Shown here: positions 11,149 to 24,400 of the stretch, in pieces
Numbering within the stretch: the first letter of the stretch is position 1
Layout of the letters: the number at the start of each line of letters is the position of its first letter
Source of the DNA: Euglena gracilis
Taxonomy: Eukaryota
Length of the DNA stretch: 64,000 bases
Reading direction: 5' to 3'
Assembly: GCA_039621445.1 (NCBI GenBank)
Contig: CP154954.1
Span: 38,301,703-38,365,702, forward strand
Program-made: the position numbers and the translations under genes
The notes under the pieces: model-generated
What the model was told of the DNA's origin: nothing
The model's input: only the letters and a program-made list of their open reading frames with translations
Databases searched by the model: none

Positions 11149-14100
11149 CATGCCCACCCTGTCGTTGGACTGGGTGTGCCGCACTATTGGGCTGTGCATC
11201 GAACAAAATTTTTCTGCGTCCCCCCCCGGACCCCACCTCCCCTGGGGGTGCCTTCTATTTCCAAAACAGGGCCATTTTTTTGTACCAAAATTGTATATCC
11301 ACCCCAGTGGTCCCCAAATGGTAAATTTCATTGGGGTTGTACCCCCTGCGACCCCCCACCACCGCACATGGAGGGTTTCCGCAACCCAATAGGGGCCAAA
11401 AAATGACCTGATTATCATGCCCCCCCCCTCATACCACCTCTTCCCCCTAATTGACCCCCCCCAATTGACCAAACGCCCCGGAGAAAATTTTTTGAACCCC
11501 CCCCCCTAATTGACTGCCCAGGGGGATTCTGTAGCACCCCTTATTTGACGGCACCCGCCCCCCCTAATTGACGCCCCCCTCCCCCCCCTAATTGAACCCC
11601 CCCTAATTGACCAAAAGGGGGGTGACCGTGGAGAGGGGCCCCGGGCGGATTCCTGTGGGTGCTCATCCTGGGGGTGATGCCGACCTGGTCGGCCCGACCA
11701 CCTGGTCGGCCCGACCATGGTCGGGCCGACCAGGTCGATAACTACCCCTGGGGGTGATACCGACCAGGTCGGTATCACCCCCAGAAATCTGCATTACCCC
11801 CCCCTCTTTGGAAATTTAACCCCCCCCCCGGGTTTCCAAAAGATGAGATCAACCTGCACCCGAAAAGGGGTTGGCAGATAAAAGGGGTTTATTTTGTTAA
11901 TGAAAGGGATAGGGTTAGGTCGACTTGCACCCGAAAAAGGGTTGGCAGATAAAAGGGGTTTATTTTGTTAATGAAAGGGATAGGGTTAGGTCGACTTGCA
12001 CCCGAAAAAGGGTTGGCAGATAAAAGGGGTTTATTTTGTTAATGAAAGGGATAGGGTTAGGTCGACTTGCACCCGAAAAAGGGTTGGCAAATAAAAGGGG
12101 TTTATTTTGTTAATGAAAGGGATAGGGTTAGGTCGACTTGCACCCGAAAAGGGGTTGGCAGATAAAAGGGGTTTATTTTGTTAATGAAAGGGATAGGGTT
12201 AGGTCGACTTGCACCCGAAAAAGGGTTGGCAGATAAAAGGGGTTTATTTTGTTAATGAAAGGGATAGGGTTAGGTCGACTTGCACCCGAAAAGGGGTTGG
12301 CAGATAAAAGGGGTTGGCAGATAAAAGGGTTTATTTTGTTAATGAAAGGGATAGGGTTAGGTCGACTTGCACCCGAGAAGGGGTTGGCAGATAAAAGGGG
12401 TTGGCAGATAAAAGGATAAAAGGGGTTGATTTTGTTAATGAAAGGGATAGGGTTAGGTCGACTTGCACCCGAGAAGGGGTTGGCAGATAAAAGGGGTTGG
12501 CAGATAAAAGGATAAAAGGGGTTGATTTTGTTAATGAAAGGGATAGGGTTAGGTCGACTTGCACCCGAAAAGGGGTTGGCAGATAAAAGGGGTTGGCGGA
12601 TAAAAGGGGTTTATTTTGTTAATGAAAGGGATAGGGTTAGGTCGACTTGCACCCGAGAAGGGGTTGGCAGAAAAATGGGGTTTATTTTGTTAATGAAAGG
12701 GATAGGTTTAGGTCGACTTGCACCCGAAAAGGGGTTGGCAGATAAAAGGGGTTTGTGAATGAAAGGGATAGGGTTAGGTCGACTTGCACCCGAAAAAGGG
12801 TTGGCAAATAAAAGGGGTTTATTTTGTTAATGAAAGGGACAGGGTTAGGTCGACTTGCACCCGAAAAGGGGTTGGCAGATAAAAGGGGTTGGCAGATAAA
12901 AGGATAAAAGGGGTTGATTTTGCTAATGAAAGGGATAGGGTTTGGTCGACTTGCACCCGAGAAGGGGTTGGCAGATAAAAGGGGTTGGCAGATAAAAGGG
13001 GTTGATTTTGTTAATGAAAGGGATAGGGTTAGGTCGACTTGCACCCGAGAAGGGGTTGGCAGATAAAAGCGGTTGGCAGATAAAAGGGGTTGATGTTGTT
13101 AATGAAAGGGATAGGGTTTGGTCGACTTGCACCCGAGAAGGGGTTGGCAGATAAAAGGGGTTTATTTTGTTAATGAAAGGGATAGGGGTCGACTTGCACC
13201 CGAAAAGGGGTTGGCAGATAAAAGGGGTTTATTTTGTTAATGAAAGGGATAGGGTTAGGTCGACTTGCACCCGAAAAAGGGTTGGCAGATAAAAGGGGTT
13301 TATTTTGTTAATGAAAGGGATAGGGTTAGGTCGACTTGCACCCGAAAAAGGGTTGGCAAATAAAAGGGGTTTATTTTGTTAATGAAAGGGATAGGGTTAG
13401 GTCGACTTGCACCCGAAAAGGGGTTGGCAGATAAAAGGGGTTTATTTTGTTAATGAAAGGGATAGGGTTAGGTCGACTTGCACCCGAAAAAGGGTTGGCA
13501 GATAAAAGGGGTTTATTTTGTTAATGAAAGGGATAGGGTTAGGTCGACTTGCACCCGAAAAGGGGTTGGCAGATAAAAGGGGTTGGCAGATAAAAGGGTT
13601 TATTTTGTTAATGAAAGGGATAGGGTTAGGTCGACTTGCACCCGAGAAGGGGTTGGCAGATAAAAGGGGTTGGCAGATAAAAGGATAAAAGGGGTTGATT
13701 TTGTTAATGAAAGGGATAGGGTTAGGTCGACTTGCACCCGAGAAGGGGTTGGCAGATAAAAGGGGTTGGCAGATAAAAGGATAAAAGGGGTTGATTTTGT
13801 TAATGAAAGGGATAGGGTTAGGTCGACTTGCACCCGAAAAGGGGTTGGCAGATAAAAGGGGTTGGCGGATAAAAGGGGTTTATTTTGTTAATGAAAGGGA
13901 TAGGGTTAGGTCGACTTGCACCCGAGAAGGGGTTGGCAGAAAAATGGGGTTTATTTTGTTAATGAAAGGGATAGGTTTAGGTCGACTTGCACCCGAAAAG
14001 GGGTTGGCAGATAAAAGGGGTTTGTGAATGAAAGGGATAGGGTTAGGTCGACTTGCACCCGAAAAAGGGTTGGCAAATAAAAGGGGTTTATTTTGTTAAT

Positions 14101-17100
14101 GAAAGGGACAGGGTTAGGTCGACTTGCACCCGAAAAGGGGTTGGCAGATAAAAGGGGTTGGCAGATAAAAGGATAAAAGGGGTTGATTTTGCTAATGAAA
14201 GGGATAGGGTTTGGTCGACTTGCACCCGAGAAGGGGTTGGCAGATAAAAGGGGTTGGCAGATAAAAGGGGTTGATTTTGTTAATGAAAGGGATAGGGTTA
14301 GGTCGACTTGCACCCGAGAAGGGGTTGGCAGATAAAAGCGGTTGGCAGATAAAAGGGGTTGATGTTGTTAATGAAAGGGATAGGGTTTGGTCGACTTGCA
14401 CCCGAGAAGGGGTTGGCAGATAAAAGGGGTTTATTTTGTTAATGAAAGGGATAGGGGTCGACTTGCACCCGAAAAGGGGTTGGCAGATAAAAGGGGTTTA
14501 TTTTGTTAATGAAAGGGATAGGGTTAGGTCGACTTGCACCCGAGAAGGGGTTGGCAGATAAAAGGGGTTGGCGGATAAAAGGGGTTTATTTTGTTAATGA
14601 AAGGGATAGGGTTAGGTCGACTTGCACCCGAGAAGGGGTTGGCAGACAAAAGGGGTTGGCAGATAAAAGGGGTTGATTTTGTTAATGAAAGGGATAGGGT
14701 TAGGTCGACTTGCACCCGAAAAGGGGTTGGCAGATAAAAGGGGTTTATTTTGTTAATGAAAGGGATAGGGTTAGGTCGACTTGCACCCGAAAAGGGGTTG
14801 GCAGATAAAAGGGGTTGGCAGATAAAAGGGGTTTATTTTGTTAATGAAAGGGATAGGGTTAGGTCGACTTGCACCCGAAAAGGGGTTGGCAGATAAAAGG
14901 GGTTGGCAGATAAAAGGATAAAAGGGGTTTATTTTGTTAATGAAAGGGATAGGGTTAGGTCGACTTGCACCCGAGAAGGGGTTGGCAGATAAAAGGGGTT
15001 GGCAGATAAAAGGATAAAAGGGGTTGATTTTGTTAATGAAAGGGATAGGGTTAGGTCGACTTGCACCCGAAAAGGGGTTGGCAGATAAAAGGGGTTGGCA
15101 GATAAAAGGGGTTTATTTTGTTAATGAAAGGGATAGGGTTAGGTCGACTTGCACCCGAGAAGGGGTTAAAAAAAAAATGGGGTTTATTTTGTTAATGAAA
15201 GGGATAGGGTTAGGTCGACTTGCACCCGAAAAGGGGTTGGCAGATAAAAGGGGTTTGTGAATGAAAGGGATAGGGTTAGGTCGCGTCGCACCCGAAGAAA
15301 AAAGGGTTGGCAAATAAAAGGGGTTTATTTTGTTAATGAAAGGGATAGGGTTAGGTCGACTTGCACCCGAAAAGGGGTTGGCAGATAAAAGGGGTTGGCA
15401 GATAAAAGGATAAAAGGGGTTGATTTTGTTAATGAAAGGGATAGGGTTAGGTCGACTTGCACCCGAGAAGGGGTTGGCAGATAAAAGGGGTTGGCAGATA
15501 AAAGGGGTTGATTTTGTTAATGAAAGGGATAGGGTTAGGTCGACTTGCACCCGAGAAGGGGCAGATAAAAGAGATTGGCAGATAAAAGGGGTTTATTTTG
15601 TTAATGAAAGGGATAGGGTTAGGTCGACTTGCACCCGAGAAGGGGTTGGCAGAAAAATGGGGTTTATTTTGTTAATGAAAGGGATAGGTTTTAGGTCGAC
15701 TTGCACCCGAAAAAGGGTTGGCAGATAAAAGGGGTTTATTTTGTTAATGAAAGGGATAGGGTTAGGTCGATTTGCACCCGAAAAGGGGTTGGCAGATAAA
15801 GGAGGTTGGCAGATAAAAGGGGTTTATTTTGTTAATGAAAGGGATAGGGTTAGGTCGACTTGCACCCGAGAAGGGGTTGGCAGATAAAAGGGGTTTATTT
15901 TGTTAATGAAAGGGATAGGGTTAGGTCGACGAAGGGGTTGGCAGATAAAAGGGGTTGGCAGATAAAAGGGGTTTATTTTGTTAATGAAAGGGATAGGGTT
16001 AGGTCGACTTGCACCCGAAAGGGGTTGGCAGAGATAAAAGGGGTTGGCAGATAGGGGTTTATTTTGTTAATGAAAGGGATAGGGTTAGGTCGACTTGCAC
16101 CCGAGAAGGGGTTGGCAGAAAAAGGGGGTTTATTTTGTTAATGAAAGGGATAGGGTTAGGTCGACTTGCACCCGAAAAGGGGTTGGCAGATAAAAGGGGT
16201 TTGTGAATGAAAGGGATAGGGTTAGGTCGACTTGCACCCGAAAAAGGGTTGGCAAATAAAAGGGGTTTATTTTGTTAATGAAAGGGATAGGGTTAGGTCG
16301 ACTTGCACCCGAAAAGGGGTTGGCAGATAAAAGGGGTTGGCAGATAAAAGGATAAAAGGGGTTGATTTTGCTAATGAAAGGGATAGGGTTTGGTCGACTT
16401 GCACCCGAGAAGGGGTTGGCAGATAAAAGGGGTTGGCAGATAAAAGGGGTTGATTTTGTTAATGAAAGGGATAGGGTTAGGTCGACTTGCACCCGAGAAG
16501 GGGTTGGCAGATAAAAGCGGTTGGCAGATAAAAGGGGTTGATGTTGTTAATGAAAGGGATAGGGTTTGGTCGACTTGCACCCGAGAAGGGGTTGGCAGAT
16601 AAAAGGGGTTTATTTTGTTAATGAAAGGGATAGGGGTCGACTTGCACCCGAAAAGGGGTTGGCAGATAAAAGGGGTTTATTTTGTTAATGAAAGGGATAG
16701 GGTTAGGTCGACTTGCACCCGAGAAGGGGTTGGCAGATAAAAGGGGTTGGCGGATAAAAGGGGTTTATTTTGTTAATGAAAGGGATAGGGTTAGGTCGAC
16801 TTGCACCCGAGAAGGGGTTGGCAGATAAAAGGGGTTGGCAGATAAAAGGGGTTGATTTTGTTAATGAAAGGGATAGGGTTAGGTCGACTTGCACCCGAAA
16901 AAGGGTTGGCAAATAAAAGGGGTTTATTTTGTTAATGAAAGGGATAGGGTTAGGTCGACTTGCACCCGAAAAGGGGTTGGCAGATAAAAGGGGTTTATTT
17001 TGTTAATGAAAGGGATAGGGTTAGGTCGACTTGCACCCGAAAAAGGGTTGGCAGATAAAAGGGGTTTATTTTGTTAATGAAAGGGATAGGGTTAGGTCGA

Positions 17101-19354
17101 CTTGCACCCGAGAAGGGGTTGGCAGATAAAAGGGGTTGGCAGATAAAAGGATAAAAGGGGTTGATTTTGTTAATGAAAGGGATAGGGTTAGGTCGACTTG
17201 CACCCGAAAAAGGGTTGGCAGATAAAAGGGGTTTATTTTGTTAATGAAAGGGATAGGGTTAGGTCGACTTGCACCCGAAAAAGGGTTGGCAGATAAAAGG
17301 GGTTTATTTTGTTAATGAAAGGGATAGGGTTAGGTCGACTTGCACCCGAAAAAGGGTTGGCAGATAAAAGGGGTTTATTTTGTTAATGAAAGGGATAGGG
17401 TTAGGTCGACTTGCACCCGAAAAGGGGTTGGCAGATAAAAGGGGTTGGCAGATAAAAGGGGTTTATTTTGTTAATGAAAGGGATAGGGTTAGGTCGACTT
17501 GCACCCGAGAAGGGGTTGGCAGATAAAAGGGGTTGGCAGATAAAAGGATAAAAGGGGTTGATTTTGTTAATGAAAGGGATAGGGTTAGGTCGACTTGCAC
17601 CCGAAAAAGGGTTGGCAGATAAAAGGGGTTTATTTTGTTAATGAAAGGGATAGGGTTAGGTCGACTTGCACCCGAAAAAGGGTTGGCAGATAAAAGGGGT
17701 TTATTTTGTTAATGAAAGGGATAGGGTTAGGTCGACTTGCACCCGAAAAAGGGTTGGCAGATAAAAGGGGTTTATTTTGTTAATGAAAGGGATAGGGTTA
17801 GGTCGACTTGCACCCGAAAAGGGGTTGGCAGATAAAAGGGGTTGGCAGATAAAAGGGGTTTATTTTGTTAATGAAAGGGATAGGGTTAGGTCGACTTGCA
17901 CCCGAGAAGGGGTTGGCAGATAAAAGGGGTTGGCAGATAAAAGGATAAAAGGGGTTGATTTTGTTAATGAAAGGGATAGGGTTAGGTCGACTTGCACCCG
18001 AGAAGGGGTTGGCAGATAAAAGGGGTTGGCAGATAAAAGGATAAAAGGGGTTGATTTTGTTAATGAAAGGGATAGGGTTAGGTCGACTTGCACCCGAAAA
18101 GGGGTTGGCAGATAAAAGGGGTTGGCGGATAAAAGGGGTTTATTTTGTTAATGAAAGGGATAGGGTTAGGTCGACTTGCACCCGAGAAGGGGTTGGCAGA
18201 AAAATGGGGTTTATTTTGTTAATGAAAGGGATAGGGTTAGGTCGACTTGCACCCGAAAAGGGGTTGGCAGATAAAAGGGGTTTGTGAATGAAAGGGATAG
18301 GGTTAGGTCGACTTGCACCCGAAAAAGGGTTGGCAAATAAAAGGGGTTTATTTTGTTAATGAAAGGGATAGGGTTAGGTCGACTTGCACCCGAAAAGGGG
18401 TTGGCAGATAAAAGGGGTTGGCAGATAAAAGGATAAAAGGGGTTGATTTTGCTAATGAAAGGGATAGGGTTTGGTCGACTTGCACCCGAGAAGGGGTTGG
18501 CAGATAAAAGGGGTTGGCAGATAAAAGGGGTTGATTTTGTTAATGAAAGGGATAGGGTTAGGTCGACTTGCACCCGAGAAGGGGTTGGCAGATAAAAGCG
18601 GTTGGCAGATAAAAGGGGTTGATTTTGTTAATGAAAGGGATAGGGTTTGGTCGACTTGCACCCGAGAAGGGGTTGGCAGATAAAAGGGGTTTATTTTGTT
18701 AATGAAAGGGATAGGGTTAGGTCGACTTGCACCCGAAAAAGGGTTGGCAGATAAAAGGGGTTTATTTTGTTAATGAAAGGGATAGGGTTAGGTCGACTTG
18801 CACCCGAAAAGGGGTTGGCAGATAAAAGGGGTTGGCAGATAAAAGGGTTTATTTTGTTAATGAAAGGGATAGGGTTTGGTCGACTTGCACCCGAGAAGGG
18901 GTTGGCAGATAAAAGGGGTTTATTTTGTTAATGAAAGGGATAAGGGTCGACTTGCACCCGAAAAGGGGTTGGCAGATAAAAGGGGTTTATTTTGTTAATG
19001 AAAGGGATAGGGTTAGGTCGACTTGCACCCGAGAAGGGGTTGGCAGATAAAAGGGGTTGGCGGATAAAAGGGGTTTATTTTGTTAATGAAAGGGATAGGG
19101 TTAGGTCGACTTGCACCCGAGAAGGGGTTGGCAGATAAAAGGGGTTGGCAGATAAAAGGGGTTGATTTTGTTAATGAAAGGGATAGGGTTAGGTCGACTT
19201 GCACCCGAGAAGGGGTTGGCAGATAAAAGGGGTTGGCAGATAAAAGGGGTTGATTTTGTAAATGAAAGGGATAGGGTTTGGTCGACTTGCACCCGAGAAG
19301 GGGTTGGCAGATAAAAGGGGTTTATTTTGCTAATGAAAGGGATAGGGTTAGGTC

Positions 19355-19525
19355 CAGGGCTGACGTTTTTTTTGTTTTAAAACAAAGCAAAAAAACTTTC
19401 ATGAATAAAAAGCAGTTTAAAAACGGTTTTTTGTTTCAAAAAAGAGTGTTTTTTTAAATAAAACACTGCAAATAGGAAAAAAACTTGTTTAAAAACAATT
19501 GTTTTAAAACAATGCCTCAGCCCTG
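19355..19525. mobile_element. hAT-like MITE inserted in the satellite, 8-bp TSD gttaggtc
   Basis: Perfect TSD; copy of 10112-10284. Confidence 0.9.
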
Positions 19526-19787
19526 GTTAGGTCGACTTGCACCCGAAAAGGGGTTGGCAGATAAAAGGGGTTGGCAGATAAAAGGGGTTGATTTTGTTAA
19601 TGAAAGGGATAGGGTTAGGTCGACTTGCACCCGAGAAGGGGTTGGCAGATAAAAGGGGTTTATTTTGTTAATGAAAGGGATAGGGTTAGGTCGACTTGCA
19701 CCCGAAAAAGGGTTGGCAGATAAAAGGGGTTAGGTCGACTTGCACCCGAAAAAGGGTTGGCAGATAAAAGGGGTTTATTTTGTTAAT

Positions 19788-21415
19788 AAAACCGTTAACC
19801 GTTCACGGGCTTCCCCACGTGAGGAAACGGGGTGCGTTCACGGGTGCGCACTACGGCACCCGTGAACGGACCCCGTTTTCACATATGCGCACCCGTGGTC
19901 GGTTCACGGGTGCACGCACGGCAGCCGTGGACGGAATTTTGCCTTTAAAAAAGGGAAAATATTTATGCAGTAGGGAAGAGGATTTGAAACAAATGGCGAA
20001 CCTGGTGAACTTGAGGGGTGGGGGCAGGAATGCAAGAGGTGGCATAGGGAACTGACACGCGACAAACTAAATTTCGGTGCGAGGCACATGCTCGCGATGC
20101 CTTTCGGCATGGTCAGAGGAACAACGGGACGGATAACTCAACGACAACCCTGACAAATCCACGCTTTTTTCGGCGCGCGACGCAGCTCAGCACACACAAA
20201 ATGATACGTCTCGCCACAAACGGAACAACGAACACTTTTGGCTGCACCCACATCCGTGTCACTAAAAGCACGCACACCACACCGTGGGCACAACGGAGTA
20301 GAGGACGGGGGTGCGGGTGGGAAAACGGAAGGGACAGCAGACAGAATTTGGATAACGGTGGCGCCTTCCGGCGCCGGGTCTGCGTTCTGTGTTCCCTTCG
20401 GCAGCCTTCAAAACTGTGAGCAACTCGTCCGCCTGCAAAACTGTGTTTGTCAACCCACCCTTGGCCTCCATTGCCTTTTTGGCCCTTTCGTGCGTGACGA
20501 GTGGCTTCATTAACGCATTGAACTGCGGGAACTGGGACACAGACGATGGTACAATGATGGCATAAACGGGAGCCAATGCCTTGTAAATGTTGCTTACAGC
20601 ATTTACATAGGTCCGAAAACTGGACACTGGCATGGAGCGAAGGCGCCCATCTTTTCCTGCCTTCTCCTGCCTTGTCTGGACCCAGGCATCGGCTTCCTGC
20701 TGCGTCTTGAAAAGTTCACGAGCATCAACGCACCATCTGGCCCATCCCACCAAAACTTCGTCCAAAGAGCCAAAAACAATGCCATGCCGGTTGCAAACAT
20801 CCATATACTCCAAAAAACACTTTACTGCGGCATGGTTCTTGGGGCCCAAGTCACAATTTTGACCACCGGTGGGGAGACTGCCTAAAAGGGCATCCACTGC
20901 AGCAGCTCCTAGGGAGCTGGCACCACGTAAAACAGCCAGAAATTCATCTACGTTGGGGGGGCGGGGCATCTGTGCTTCCATCATGTTGGCAAAACGCTTC
21001 ATTGGACTGTGGGGAAAAGCAGCAGACAGACAGATACACAAATGTTAAAAACCCCAAAAAATTCAAATTCCGATCACGGGTAACACCTTGCGCAACCGTG
21101 GTCGGTTCACGGGTGCACGCACGGCAGCCGTGGACGGAAATTCCGTTCACGGGTGCGCACTACGGCACCCGTGAACGGCCAAAGTTCACCCGTGAACGCC
21201 AAAAACGAGATTTTTGACCCCCTAGGCATCTCGTTAGGAAGCGCTTGCCTACTGCGAGGAAGCCCGTGAACTTGGTTAACGGTTTTAAGACAAAAGCGGG
21301 GTCCGATCACGATTCCCGGTGGAGAAACGGGGGGCGCCTACGGCCTACGGCCTACGCCTACGGCGCCCCCCGTTTCTCCACCGGGAATCGTGATCGGACC
21401 CCGCTTTTTCTTATA
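19788..21415 (-). mobile_element. TSD-less hairpin-ended element, family B (Crypton-like, internally deleted)
   Basis: Inserted in the satellite unit gttaat|gaaaggg without duplication; IR taaaaccgttaaccgttcacgggcttcc with subterminal partner at about 21258-21287; hairpin about 21287-21413 with (gcctacg)n loop; ends ttata. Confidence 0.85.
20138..20984 (-). pseudogene. Putative tyrosine-recombinase N-terminal region (about 195 aa) joined out of frame to a linker and a complete C-terminal PHD finger
   Basis: ORF MMEAQMPRPPNVDEFLAVLR...KDGRLRSMPVSSFRTYVNAVSNIYK...LQADELLTVL; a second frame ending at the stop 20140-20138 reads CPRCGVRAFSDTDVGAAKSVRCSVCGETYHFVCAELRRAPKKAWICQGCR (C4HC3). The recombinase call is by resemblance only; catalytic residues are absent. 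Confidence 0.7.
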
Positions 21416-24400
21416 GAAAGGGACAGGGTTAGGTCGACTTGCACCCGAAAAGGGGTTGGCAGATAAAAGGGGTTGGCAGATAAAAGGATAAAAGGGGTTG
21501 ATTTTGTTAATGAAAGGGATAGGGTTTGGTCGACTTGCACCCGAGAAGGGGTTGGCAGATAAAAGGGGTTGGCAGATAAAAGGGGTTGATTTTGTTAATG
21601 AAAAGCATAGGGTTTGGTCGACTTGCACCCGAGAAGGGGTTGGCAGATAAAAGGGGTTGGCAGATAAAAGGGGTTGATTTTGTTAATGAAAGGGATAGGG
21701 TTTGGTCGACTTGCACCCGAGAAGGGGTTGGCAGATAAAAGGGGTTTATTTTGTTAATGAAAGGGATAGGGGTCGACTTGCACCCGAAAAGGGGTTGGCA
21801 GATAAAAGGGGTTTATTTTGTTAATGAAAGGGATAGGGTTAGGTCGACTTGCACCCGAAAAGGGGTTGGCAGATAAAAGGGGTTGGCAGATAAAAGGATA
21901 AAAGGGGTTGATTTTGTTAATGAAAGGGATAGGGTTTGGTCGACTTGCACCCGAGAAGGGGTTGGCAGATAAAAGGGGTTGGCAGATAAAAGGGGTTGAT
22001 TTTGTTAATGAAAAGCATAGGGTTTGGTCGACTTGCACCCGAGAAGGGGTTGGCAGATAAAAGGGGTTGGCAGATAAAAGGGGTTGATTTTGTTAATGAA
22101 AGGGATAGGGTTTGGTCGACTTGCACCCGAGAAGGGGTTGGCAGATAAAAGGGGTTTATTTTGTTAATGAAAGGGATAGGGGTCGACTTGCACCCGAAAA
22201 GGGGTTGGCAGATAAAAGGGGTTGGCAGATAAAAGGGGTTGATTTTGTTAATGAAAGGGATAGGGTTAGGTCGACTTGCACCCGAGAAGGGGTTGGCGGA
22301 TAAAAGGGGTTGGCAGATAAAAGGGGTTTATTTTGTTAATGAAAGGGATAGGGTTAGGTCGACTTGCACCCGAGAAGGGGTTGGCAGATAAAAGGGGTTT
22401 ATTTTGTTAATGAAAGGGATAGGGTTAGGTCGACTTGCACCCGAAAAAGGGTTGGCAGATAAAAGGGGTTTATTTTGTTAATGAAAGGGATAGGGTTAGG
22501 TCGACTTGCACCCGAAAAGGGGTTGGTAGATAAAAGGGGTTGGCAGATAAAAGGGGTTGATTTTGTTAATGAAAGGGATAGGGTTAGGTCGACTTGCACC
22601 CGAGAAGGGGTTGGCAGATAAAAGGGGTTGGCAGATAAAAGGGGTTGATTTTGTTGATGAAAGGGATAGGATTAGGTCGACTTGCACCCGAGAAGGGGTT
22701 GGCAGATAAAAGGGGTTTATTTTGTTAATGAAAGGGATAGGGTTAGGTCGACTTGCACCCGAAAAGGGGTTGGCAGATAAAAGGGGTTGGCAGATAAAAG
22801 GGGTTGATTTTGTTAATGAAAGGGATAGGGTTAGGTCGACTTGCACCCGAAAAGGGGTGGGCAGATAAAAGGGGTTGGCAGATAAAAGGGGATTATTTTG
22901 TTAATGAAAGGGATAGGGTTAGGTCGGCTTGCACCCGAAAAGGGGTTGGCAGGTAAAAGGGGTTGGCAGATAAAAGGGGTTGATTTTGTTAATGAAACGG
23001 ATAGGGTTAGGTCGACTTGCACCCGAGAAGGGGTTGGCAGATAAAAGGGGTTTAATGTGACACCCCCCCTATTTGTCACCCCCCCAATAGTCGCCCCCCC
23101 TTGGGGGGGCGACAATTAGGGGGGGTTACCCATGGACCCATGGAAATGTGGGGTAAATTGAGTAACTCCCCCCCAATTGTCACCCCCCCTAATAGTCGCC
23201 AGGGGGGTCAAAACACTCCCGAGGGGTGCTATATAGGGTGGGGGGTCACGTTATTAAATTTTTTTAATTAAATTTTTACCTTACTTAACAATTGACCTAT
23301 TCAAACGAAGGGGGGGGGGCTTAAATTTCCAAAAGGTGGGGGGGGTAATGCGGATTTCTGGGGGTCGGGCCGACCAGGTCGGCATCACCCCCAGAGGTCG
23401 GTATCCCACCAACAGGGGTCGGGCCGACCACAGGTCGGGCCGACCAGGTCGGCATCACCCCCAGGATGAGCACCCACAGGAATCCGCACGGAGCCGTGGA
23501 GAGGTCCCACGTTGGAGATCAGGCAGTAGACTTTGGTCATTTTGACCCCCCCCCCCCTATGGCGAAGTTCACCGTTTGAAAGTTCACCGGGGGGTCCCGG
23601 ACCCCCTCCCCCCCCCCTCTGCCTAACCCATCGGTGAACTTCACCGGTGAAGTTCAACAAGAGAGTACTTTTTTTGGCCAAAAATGACCAAAAATGGCAT
23701 TTGGGTAAGTTTTCGGAAATTTCGATAAAATTCCATGAAGCATCAACCTCAAAATGACCATTTTGAGAGGAAAGGGGCAAATTTTTACCCATGAAAATTT
23801 CACCCCCAACCATCAAAACGGTGAAGTTCACCGGTGAACTTCACCAGTGAACTTCACCACCGAAAGCACCCCCCCCCCGGTGAATGTTCACCGGTGAACT
23901 TCACCGGGGGGGTCCACAGCCCCCCCACCCCTGCCTAAACTCCGTTCAATCAAGGGGGGGGGAGGTGGAATAAGACCCCCTGCCAAAATCCCAGGGGGGT
24001 GTTATTTGGCATGGTAGGAATTGGCACCCAAAGGAATCAAAACTACCAAAAAAAACGTGTGATAAATTCTTGACTGGATCTATTTTTGGACCCAAAAGTT
24101 TTCAGGACAGAGTCGTCATCCAGAAAACCCGTGGAGGGGGACGGCGGTTCTGCCCTGAACCCGGCGTCCCAAACGCCGGTTTAACCAGAAAAGGGGGAGG
24201 GGGGACGGTTTTGGGGACCCGAACTCGACAGCCTAGCCCCATTTGCCCCCCCCCCCCAGTGCAAAACAGTGGATGTGGGCGGGGGGCAATGGGTGGCCGG
24301 CTGACTAGTCGGCTGACCACCCAGTTGGATGGCCGACTAGGCCTAGTTGGTAGCTGGTCGGCGAGACGGGGTGGGGTGGGGGGGGGAGTGGTGGGTAGTC

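Larger units (their letters stand above)
11847..23052. repeat. Satellite, about 58-bp unit (ttattttgttaatgaaagggatagggttaggtcgacttgcacccgaaaaggggttggcagataaaaggggt) with variable 18-bp subrepeat and higher-order blocks
   Basis: Direct reading; identical or near-identical pseudo-ORF sets recur at 12682, 13951 (offset 1269 bp), 16130 and 18211. Confidence 0.95.
11637..23495. mobile_element. 11.9-kb MULE-like element with about 200-bp TIRs, filled by a satellite array
   Basis: 9-bp TSD gtggagagg at 11628-11636 and 23496-23504; TIR gcggattcctgtgggtgctcatcctgggggtgatgccgacctggtcgg inverted at 23440-23487; the empty site gaccgtggagaggtcccacgg is present on the reverse strand in the sister MITE at about 29040-29065. 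Confidence 0.85.

Noticed and set aside
11847-23052. CRISPR-like appearance of the regular 58-bp array
   Set aside because: There are no unique spacers and no cas genes; units are contiguous tandem copies in eukaryotic context.
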